Shown here: piece after piece, positions 48,574 through 55,389 of the stretch
How the letters are laid out: the number at the start of each line of letters is the position of its first letter
How positions within the stretch are numbered: the stretch's first letter is position 1
Origin: a virus
Lineage: Duplodnaviria; Caudoviricetes
Virus record (IMG/VR): IMGVR_UViG_3300027884_000039
Coordinates: 1 to 64,000 of that record
Reading direction: 5' to 3' (one strand)
Length of the DNA stretch: 64,000 nucleotides
Translations under genes and position numbers: made by a program
The notes under the pieces: generated by a model
Seen by the model: the letters and a program-made list of their open reading frames with translations, nothing else
Database searches by the model: none
What the model was told of the DNA's origin: nothing

Positions 48574-48576
48574 TAT

Positions 48577-48823
48577 GGGATTAGTAATGACAAGTATAAC
48601 GGCTATTGTAGGAATCGACCCAGTGACGGGAGATGAAGGCCTTTGGGCTTTTTTAGATGATTTGGGAAAGTGCACGCCGATGGTATGTGCGGATGAAGAG
48701 CGCGTACAAATGATGTTTCATGTGGCTGAACAAATGAGGAAGGCGAGCGGAATCGAATATAAGGTATTACAATTTTCCACGCGTGAGGATATCACAGCAG
48801 CAACTAAAAACAAGTACAGATGA
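48577..48823 (+). CDS. Hypothetical protein
   Basis: ORF from MGLVMTS (DEGL...PMVCAD..R). Confidence 0.65.
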
Positions 48824-49650
48824 GAACACTAGTCATGGGTGATATTCACGGAGCGGCCAAAGCGATTACACAATGCCTAGAAAGGAGTGGCTTCGACCGG
48901 GAGAATGATCGCCTCATCTTCATCGGGGATATGTGCGACGGCTGGCCCTACGTCTATGAAGCTGTGGAAGTGATTTTACAGGTAAAGAATCGGATCGATA
49001 TCCTGGGTAACCACGATGTATGGTTTCGGGATTGGCTCGTCAGCGGTTTCCATGGTGACCCGATTGGCCCCTGGATGCAAGGGGGAAGTGCCACGGCCAG
49101 GTCCTACCTGCGCCAGATCGGGAAGGAAGACATGATTGAAGAGGGATATCATGGCTATCGTACGTCACTTAATCCTGGCGATATACCGGTATCGCATAAG
49201 CAGTTTTTCAATGATATGGTATTATATTATGTAGATGAGCATCACCGGCTCTACGTGCATGGCGGATATACCCGGACTATGTTGATTGAAGATATGAAGC
49301 GGATCAATCCGGTTGAATTGTATTGGAACCGTGAACTATGGAATCAGGCGATGTGTTGTAAGGGAAATGTACGGTTGAAGACCAAGGATAAGTTCAACGA
49401 AATATTCATTGGCCATACGCAAACGACGATCTGGACAACGAAGGAAACCAAGACGCTTAATGGATTCATCTTGCCGGCCGGTGAACCCATCACGAACCCG
49501 ATGTATCATGGTGGCGTATACAACATCGATACTGGCGCTGGCGGCAGGGGTAAGCTCACGATCATGGACGTAGATACCAAGGAGTGTTGGCAGAGCGACC
49601 TGGTGATGGAGCTATATCCCAATGACAAAGGAAGACATGTAAATTATTAA
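48820..49650 (+). CDS. Calcineurin-like metallophosphoesterase (NinI/PPP-like)
   Basis: GDIHG, GDMCDG, GNHD, VHGG, IGHT, IDTG. Confidence 0.95.
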   Translation: MRTLVMGDIHGAAKAITQCLERSGFDRENDRLIFIGDMCDGWPYVYEAVEVILQVKNRIDILGNHDVWFRDWLVSGFHGDPIGPWMQGGSATARSYLRQIGKEDMIEEGYHGYRTSLNPGDIPVSHKQFFNDMVLYYVDEHHRLYVHGGYTRTMLIEDMKRINPVELYWNRELWNQAMCCKGNVRLKTKDKFNEIFIGHTQTTIWTTKETKTLNGFILPAGEPITNPMYHGGVYNIDTGAGGRGKLTIMDVDTKECWQSDLVMELYPNDKGRHVNY

Positions 49651-49660
49651 AAACAATCAT

Positions 49661-49996
49661 ATGGCATTCAAGATCGACAAACATCACCCGCTTCCAGAAG
49701 ATTTCCGCCCATCAAAACCAATGGCGAAATATCCGCTATATAAAATGGTAGATGGAGACTCGTTTTTTGCGCCGGACAAAACAGAACAAAAGTTAAAGTC
49801 ATCTGTTGCGGGAATAAAAAGGCAATGGATCGCTGACGAAATTAAGACCAGGGAGCAAATAGCAGAAGATCGATGGGTTTACCTGGAATGCGTAGAGGAA
49901 TATGAAGGTGAACTGGTTAAAGGTTGCCGCGTTTGGCTAAATCCGCCGACCACTAAAAAAAAAATAAACCAGACGGAAGCGGACCCCGAACCGTAG
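49661..49996 (+). CDS. Hypothetical DNA-binding-like protein (KYPLYKMVDGDSFF)
   Basis: Recurrent phage motif. Confidence 0.65.
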   Translation: MAFKIDKHHPLPEDFRPSKPMAKYPLYKMVDGDSFFAPDKTEQKLKSSVAGIKRQWIADEIKTREQIAEDRWVYLECVEEYEGELVKGCRVWLNPPTTKKKINQTEADPEP

Positions 49997-50045
49997 GCCA
50001 AATGCTAAGGGATCTAAAAGCGCCGCCAGAAAAAAAGGGGAAACA

Positions 50046-50578
50046 ATGAGCGCCGACTACATGAAATTCAAGCAATGGTTCGACCACAAGTTGGAGGTGG
50101 GCGCATATCCTAACCCTGAGATGGCTGAATGGCGAGCGGAGGATTACGCCTATGTAATCAATGTATCTGGCGCCTGGTACGCAGGTGAAGCGCCGATGTA
50201 TCACCAGACCCGCTATTTTTGGTTTCCGATGAGTGAAGGCAAGAAGGACATGGGTATGAATAGTATTTACGGCGCCCTGGTGATCTTATGGGAGGCCGAG
50301 CGTCGTAATGATCGAGTATACTTGCATTGCCATAGTGGGAGTAACCGCAGTTGGACAGTAGCCGCAGCGTATCATTACCTGCGTACCGGCACGCATTGGA
50401 CCGACCGGTTAAGAGCGGGCCACACTTGAATAAACTGCTGGCCAATTGTGATCGGCATTATTTGCCGCATCAATCCGAAATGGAAGCGTGGCTTGCTCAC
50501 TTGCGCAAGGAACTGGAAACTGGTATGACCCCGTCTTTGCTCACGATGAGTAAGATTGAATGCATAAATAATTTTTAA
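50046..50578 (+). pseudogene. Dual-specificity (CX5R) phosphatase split by an apparent 1-nt frameshift near 50395
   Basis: VYLHCHSGSNRS in ORF 50046-50429; a protein-like continuation LDRPVKSGPHLNKLLANC.. lies in the overlapping frame. Confidence 0.7.
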
Positions 50579-50791
50579 ATGAAATACCTGTCCGCCCCGC
50601 AGACGCATAAAGATTGGATTGTCTATTGTAGTTTAGGCATTTTAATTTGGATATCTTTTTATTTAAGTGAACGCTGGCGTAATGGTAGTAGCGGCTTTGC
50701 CATATTTTCGCTGGTCATGATATGCTTTAACATTGTGGCATTGGTGGCACATTTAATTAGATATTACCGCGAGAAAAAACACCCAAAATAA
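50579..50791 (+). CDS. Two-TM membrane protein
   Basis: Hydropathy. Confidence 0.65.
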   Translation: MKYLSAPQTHKDWIVYCSLGILIWISFYLSERWRNGSSGFAIFSLVMICFNIVALVAHLIRYYREKKHPK

Positions 50792-50794
50792 TTT

Positions 50795-51010
50795 TTGATG
50801 GAAAAAGAGTTCGAGCCAGACTCAATAGTTCTGGCTATTATTGGACGCTTCGTAGTACGAGCCAAGGATGGCGAGCAAAAGTACGGTACAAATTTGGATC
50901 GCGAAGACCTAGCTATGCAGGATTGGATTCAGCATGCACAAGATGAGTTAATGGACGGTATTTTATATTTGGAAAAATTGAAGCGAACACTTAAAAAACA
51001 CCCAGAATAA
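50795..51010 (+). CDS. Conserved phage protein (KYGTNLDREDL...WIQHAQDELMDGILYLEK)
   Basis: Recurrent motif; helical, possibly related to nucleotide pyrophosphatases. Confidence 0.75.
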   Translation: MMEKEFEPDSIVLAIIGRFVVRAKDGEQKYGTNLDREDLAMQDWIQHAQDELMDGILYLEKLKRTLKKHPE

Positions 51011-51362
51011 TTTGCGTATTTCCAAAAACCTTATTATCTTGAACCCACGTTCCAACTCCCCAGGAGTATGTAGTTGGGGGGACTTTTTTTAATTAATGAA
51101 ATCCATTTCGAACAGAAAGCAAGAGTACAGTTACAATCAGCAACCAACAGTTCTTTTTAAGTTTTAGCAAGGACATTTTTTGATTGAGGATGAAGATTGA
51201 CTTTTGGCAGCAGTTTTGAATGAAGAGTAAACTATTAAAAGAGGGGCATTAAGTTCCTACTTGGCAGTAGCCAGGTATAGAAGGTTAGACTTGGTATTTA
51301 ACAGACATTATCGTCCCCTGTTTCTACAGGGGACTCTTTTAACCAAAAAAACTACCCGCTAT

Positions 51363-51878
51363 ATGACCAAAATTAATGGGCATCTTATTCGCGAAGTGCT
51401 CAAAGAAAAAATGTTGGAGTTGACGACCATCAATTCTACTTTTGAAGAAAGCTTATACAAATTTGAAAGTGAAGAAAAGCCATCCCCTGCCGCGTTGATG
51501 GCACGCATCATGGAACTGGAAACTGCGGTTGCCAAATTGCAAACTCTGCAATCGCAATATAACTTAACCGTAATGGTGCAGATTAATGAAGTAGCGATGC
51601 CCCTGGAAGAGGCGATCAAGCTGGTGGGGGGTGCTGGCCGCTCTTCGAAAAGATGGCGCGAAGCCGCCAAAGGAGAAAAGGTTGACCGGTATGAACGTCG
51701 TGCAAATAGGCAGCGAGAGAAAGACAAGGAATATACCGTCCCCACGATCTCAAAAGAAAAGGCGTTGGAATATGCCAAGAAGGCTGAACAATACGCAGGT
51801 AGTCTTCGCAAGGCCATCGCCTTAGGAATTTTAACAGATATTGAATTTGATGATAGTGTGGCGGCGCTCCTGGAGTAA
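51363..51878 (+). CDS. Coiled-coil protein, DIP1984/DUF6847-like
   Basis: ELE..VAKLQ..QSQYN..V....MPLEEAI pattern; start reassigned to ATG 51363 after an A-rich leader. Confidence 0.65.
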   Translation: MTKINGHLIREVLKEKMLELTTINSTFEESLYKFESEEKPSPAALMARIMELETAVAKLQTLQSQYNLTVMVQINEVAMPLEEAIKLVGGAGRSSKRWREAAKGEKVDRYERRANRQREKDKEYTVPTISKEKALEYAKKAEQYAGSLRKAIALGILTDIEFDDSVAALLE

Positions 51879-51895
51879 TCCCGGACACCAGTCAC

Positions 51896-52077
51896 TTGGT
51901 TGGTATGCGAACTCTACAAGCTACTACTTAACAGTAGTGACTTGCCCATCACTGGGATTATGCGCCTTCTTATCTAAATAGCCGTTATGTGTGTCTTGCT
52001 AAAGAACGGTTGATAACAAGCAGTAGTAACCACAAATGGGAGTTGGACGGTACTCGTTGCTATCAAATACCAACCAA
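51896..52077 (+). ncRNA. Structured RNA 1 (~180 nt), abutting tRNA-Met
   Basis: Perfect 11-bp closing stem ttggttggtat/ataccaaccaa plus nested gcga/tcgt, aactc/gagtt, actact/agtagt, ttatc/gataa and gccgtt/aacggt. Confidence 0.75.
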
Positions 52078-52080
52078 CAT

Positions 52081-52151
52081 CGCGAGGTCATCTAACGGTA
52101 GGATACCGGGCTCATAACCCGAGAATTCGGGTTCGATTCCCGACTTCGCAA
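52081..52151 (+). tRNA. tRNA-Met (CAT), initiator type
   Basis: C1:A72 mismatch; GGG/CCC in the anticodon stem; CTCATAA loop; TTCGATT T-loop. Confidence 0.9.
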
Positions 52152-52165
52152 CAAAACTATAACCA

Positions 52166-52954
52166 ATGAAATTAAATGTACTCCTTGCGCGAGCCGAACA
52201 TACTGGTGCGCAGTTCAAAATGATGATTCAAACATATGCACATACTTTCACGCATAAACAGGAGATATTCAGGGGCACTAAGAAGACTTATACGAAGGCA
52301 CCGGGTTCGGATGATTTCCCCAACATGAGCGGCAACGAAAAAGTGCAATCGTCGGTCGATGAATATTTGCAATGGTTTGAAGACACAGCCGACGAGTTTA
52401 TTACTCACCGTTTTAACATTGAGGCTACGAATGCCTCCGGGCCAAAAGCTGAGCTTATCGTCGGTGGGCAGAAATTTGGCAGTTATAGCACCTGCGAGCT
52501 AATGCGGCTCAATGATTTTTTAAATAGTCCTGAATTACTGAAGATGTATTCTATCCTGCCTGTGCGTAGTGATACAGAGAACTGGAAGGAGACTACCGAT
52601 CCGGAAGGCATAAAAAAGAAGTTGTGGGAAACCGACATCAAGAAACTACCCCATAACACGACGATTAAAGGTTGGATTATCCTCCCCGATCCGAATGTGG
52701 AGAAACTGAAGGCCGGTAGTCCGTATACACCTATTAAGGAGTCCAGTGATACGAAAGTGTATTTAGGGGAACAGACCATGCAGAAGTTTAGCGGGGAATG
52801 GAGTCATGCTGATCGGGCCAGTCTGCTGCGCAGGCTCACGATGCTAAAAGCGTCCGTGAAGGAAGCGCTAGTCACAGCCAATGAAACGCCAATGGTGGAA
52901 TCGGAATTAACGGCGAAAAAAATATTCGGGTATTTGCATCGTGGAACAATTTGA
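52166..52954 (+). CDS. DUF7873-like coiled-coil protein
   Basis: MKLNVLLA, FRG..KTY, ATNA...AELIVGG, ELMRL, LPVRS..E.W, KFSGEW...R..LL.RL..LK.SVKEAL..AN, IFGYL. Confidence 0.75.
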   Translation: MKLNVLLARAEHTGAQFKMMIQTYAHTFTHKQEIFRGTKKTYTKAPGSDDFPNMSGNEKVQSSVDEYLQWFEDTADEFITHRFNIEATNASGPKAELIVGGQKFGSYSTCELMRLNDFLNSPELLKMYSILPVRSDTENWKETTDPEGIKKKLWETDIKKLPHNTTIKGWIILPDPNVEKLKAGSPYTPIKESSDTKVYLGEQTMQKFSGEWSHADRASLLRRLTMLKASVKEALVTANETPMVESELTAKKIFGYLHRGTI

Positions 52955-53159
52955 CAAAGCCTTAGCTTTAGCCTTAGCTTAACACGATTCTAGTTAAATC
53001 AACTTTAGCTTCGCGTCAAAAGCCTCAGCTTTGTATGTTAGATCGTGGTGTCAAGCTGACCAGAGCGGAAGGGCACAGGTTCGAATCCTGTCTCGGCCTC
53101 CAGATCATTCGATCCGGAGGCCGAGTAGATACAGCGGCTAGATCATTCTGCATTTTAGC
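52951..53159 (+). ncRNA. Structured RNA 2: (C/T)TTAGC-repeat domain plus a YrlA-like circularly permuted tRNA mimic
   Basis: ttgaca/tgtcaa and cacgat/atcgtg stems; T arm ACAGG-TTCGAAT-CCTGT; acceptor CTCGGCCTCC/GGAGGCCGAG closed by a loop; D-like loop AGCGG; GCGGAA/TTCTGC anticodon-stem equivalent. Confidence 0.8.
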
Positions 53160-53161
53160 CT

Positions 53162-53246
53162 CAGTAAGCTTGAAAACATTGCGAACGTCACGCTGACTTG
53201 AAAATCAGCAGCAGACTGAAAATCTGCCCGTGATTTGGGATCACGT
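53162..53246 (+). repeat. Tandem anticodon-stem-loop-like hairpins
   Basis: GCTGA-CTTGAAAA-TCAGC, GCAGA-CTGAAAA-TCTGC, a weaker CTTGAAAA loop at 53169, and CGTGAT-TTGGG-ATCACG. Confidence 0.65.
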
Positions 53247-53250
53247 TTGG

Positions 53251-53281
53251 GGCCAGGCAGGATACGACCTGGCCCTTTTTT
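53251..53281 (+). terminator. Intrinsic terminator
   Basis: ggccagg/cctggcc stem plus T6. Confidence 0.75.
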
Positions 53282-53300
53282 ACGGTTGAAATGCACAATC

Positions 53301-53711
53301 ATGAAAGATAAAATCGACTCACTTAGCAAAATCCAACTGGATATGAAAATTGAAGTAGAACATGAAGAAGGAATTCCAATGGCGCGGCGAAAGGCGCCGA
53401 GTCTCTATGACCAATTATTTCCGGACCTCATTATGTTGACAGACAAGAAGAGTTTATTTTTCAAGACGGAAAAGGCAAAAGAAACCCTTACTCAATTTCG
53501 CTATTGGCTTAAAGCATATGAGCAAACACAAAAGGCATTTAATTATTTCGCACAGGTAGGATTTAGTACCCATGATAGGAAGATCGGTATCCGGATTTGG
53601 TGTTATGCAAAAACGGTGGAACAAAAGAAGCCCCTTAGTACGGCGCAGCAAACGCTTAAAAAACGAGTGAAGAAAAATGCTGCTAAGAAAAAAGCCATAA
53701 AACATGAATGA
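53301..53711 (+). CDS. Hypothetical basic protein
   Basis: Start reassigned to MKDKID. Confidence 0.65.
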   Translation: MKDKIDSLSKIQLDMKIEVEHEEGIPMARRKAPSLYDQLFPDLIMLTDKKSLFFKTEKAKETLTQFRYWLKAYEQTQKAFNYFAQVGFSTHDRKIGIRIWCYAKTVEQKKPLSTAQQTLKKRVKKNAAKKKAIKHE

Positions 53712-53877
53712 TCAAGATATTAAAATATTACGAACAGCAGGTGATGGGCAACTCAAATCCGTAACTATTAAATTGGATAATGGGGATGTGTTGCACTTTA
53801 ACGATCCTTTAACATTAATCATATGGAAGGATATATTAAAGCTTGCTGCGGAAAAGGCAGAGAATATGCTGCGGTAG
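53704..53877 (+). CDS. Hypothetical 57-aa protein whose stop lies inside tRNA-Ile
   Basis: Hand-translated MNDQDIKILRTAGDGQ... Confidence 0.5.
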   Translation: MNDQDIKILRTAGDGQLKSVTIKLDNGDVLHFNDPLTLIIWKDILKLAAEKAENMLR

Positions 53878-53940
53878 CTCATCGGTTAGAGTAACAGACT
53901 GATAGCCTGTTGGGGGGTGGTTCGATTCCACCTCGCAGCA
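53868..53940 (+). tRNA. tRNA-Ile (GAT)
   Basis: GCTGCGG/TCGCAGC acceptor; GCTC/GAGT D stem; CTGATAG loop; GGTGG-TTCGATT-CCACC. Confidence 0.85.
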
Positions 53941-54030
53941 CGATGGTGAGGGAATAAGCGTGGGGGCTGCGATTGCCCGGTCTAACGTCCGAAAGCAGGA
54001 CGATGCGAATAGCTCCTCATTAATACTTAA

Positions 54031-54249
54031 ATGATGAAAGAAAAGCAACTCGAATACTTGAACTTCAAAGGGTCTGTTCGGTACCAGTTGGAAGATCAAA
54101 AATGGTTTGGGGAAATCCTGAATATTACAGACTTGGTGTACTACGAAGCCGAATCGATTAAAGGACTGGAAGATGTGTTCAAGGAGGCGGTGGATGATTA
54201 TCTGGATACCTGCAAAGAACTTAATAGGGAAATACCCTGGAAAAAATAA
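54031..54249 (+). CDS. hicB: Solo HicB-family antitoxin domain
   Basis: Y.NFKGSV.Y..ED..WFGEILNITDLVYYEAESI..LE..FKEAVDDYL..C. Confidence 0.85.
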   Translation: MMKEKQLEYLNFKGSVRYQLEDQKWFGEILNITDLVYYEAESIKGLEDVFKEAVDDYLDTCKELNREIPWKK

Positions 54250-54252
54250 TAA

Positions 54253-54343
54253 GCCGAAGTGCCGGAATTGGTAGACGGCATCGATGATATCGATGGAGCT
54301 TATACTAGATTAGCTCGTGGGGGCTCGTATCCTCCCTTCGGCT
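54253..54343 (+). pseudogene. tRNA-Leu-like (class II) element with a collapsed anticodon loop
   Basis: GCCGAAG/CTTCGGC acceptor; GGAATTGGTAGAC D arm; long variable arm; ATCGA-TGATA-TCGAT (5-nt loop); T-loop CTCGTAT. Confidence 0.7.
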
Positions 54344-54347
54344 CAAT

Positions 54348-54689
54348 ATGGCCTACTCATTCTTAACCAATATTCCCGATGAGGTGGTACCCCTGCTGAT
54401 TCGGGCACAGACCAATGCAGGGTTTGAGGCATATAGTTTCAAGCGCTATATTGACGGAAGAGGTTTATGCGGATTGATGCCAATGACTTTTACAATAGGA
54501 CTGTTTTATGGTCTTGATGCGGATGGTAACTATACTGGTCGATATTGTTTTGCTGATTTGGCTCCCGCTAAGTTAGCAATAGAGACCTGGGACGGTATAG
54601 GTGATCCGCCAGGACCCTGGATTAAGCACAATGGCATACCCACATACTACAATCCCGAGTGGGTGAGGGAAAATAACTATATTCAATAA
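54348..54689 (+). CDS. Hypothetical protein
   Basis: ORF (GRYCF...A..WDG.GDPPGPWIK). Confidence 0.7.
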   Translation: MAYSFLTNIPDEVVPLLIRAQTNAGFEAYSFKRYIDGRGLCGLMPMTFTIGLFYGLDADGNYTGRYCFADLAPAKLAIETWDGIGDPPGPWIKHNGIPTYYNPEWVRENNYIQ

Positions 54690-54693
54690 TAAT

Positions 54694-55110
54694 ATGTCCA
54701 ATCAATTCTTCCGTAAACGCCCATTAACCAAGGATTGCCGCCCCTTCCGGGCTGGGCATTACTTTGTCTACTATCATGATCCACGGCCCCCCTTCCTGGA
54801 AGCCAGGGGATGTATAGAATATGATGGAGAGCGGTTCGAAGACCCGATTTTTAGCGATCCAAAGGAGCGCGCCAAATGGAAAGGGATTCAGCCGACCCAT
54901 TGGCTGGACAATTATGAGCCTCCAAGGCCACCAAAAGAATTACCCACGGCGATCAGAAATATGGTTACCGACAGCATTAAGAAGCTGCCGGTAGAGGAAT
55001 TATTAGACTTGATTCCCGATGCGGAGGAAACGACCGAATTGCCAGCAGCGGAGGAAGAGATCGACACCTTGTTCGAATTTCCCGCCAGCTATGAAAAAAG
55101 AAAGCGGTAA
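54694..55110 (+). CDS. Hypothetical protein
   Basis: ORF. Confidence 0.6.
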   Translation: MSNQFFRKRPLTKDCRPFRAGHYFVYYHDPRPPFLEARGCIEYDGERFEDPIFSDPKERAKWKGIQPTHWLDNYEPPRPPKELPTAIRNMVTDSIKKLPVEELLDLIPDAEETTELPAAEEEIDTLFEFPASYEKRKR

Positions 55111-55389
55111 ATGAAACAGTGCACCTTAAAAGCGTTTTTTGAGGAAAGCGGATTGTCGCAGCGAGCTGTGGCGCAGGAGGCCCAAATAGATTATGCACTT
55201 ATGCGACAATACGTATCTGGTGTTAAAGAGCCTTCAGCACAGCGGTTGGAGTCCATTGAGTCAGCAATACATCGAATTGCACAGAAGCTGTCGCAGATCG
55301 AATTGGTAACGATCTATTACGATATTGGTTTTGAGAAGGCTATGATGATACTAGCCAGGAGTAAGCCGATTAAAAAGAAGAAACGATGA
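55111..55389 (+). CDS. XRE HTH protein
   Basis: LSQRAVAQEAQIDYALMRQYVSGVKEPS..RL. Confidence 0.85.
   Translation: MKQCTLKAFFEESGLSQRAVAQEAQIDYALMRQYVSGVKEPSAQRLESIESAIHRIAQKLSQIELVTIYYDIGFEKAMMILARSKPIKKKKR

Noticed and set aside
51261-51362. TTG-initiated N-terminal extension of the DIP1984-like gene
   Set aside because: It runs through RNA hairpins, and ATG 51363 has the typical A-rich leader.
53055-53200. Two-piece (permuted) tmRNA, with a possible tag GCG AAC GTC ACG CTG ACT TGA (ANVTLT*)
   Set aside because: No G3-U70 alanine determinant, U73 instead of A73, a D stem is present, no pk1, and the resume context is poor. A YrlA-like mimic fits better.
53235-53300. TTG-initiated extension of the 53301 gene
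   Set aside because: It overlaps the terminator hairpin; ATG 53301 is the better start.
53941-54020. HDV-like theta ribozyme after tRNA-Ile (GCGAAT near the 3' end)
   Set aside because: I could not build P1, P3 and P1.1 in the required nested double-pseudoknot order.
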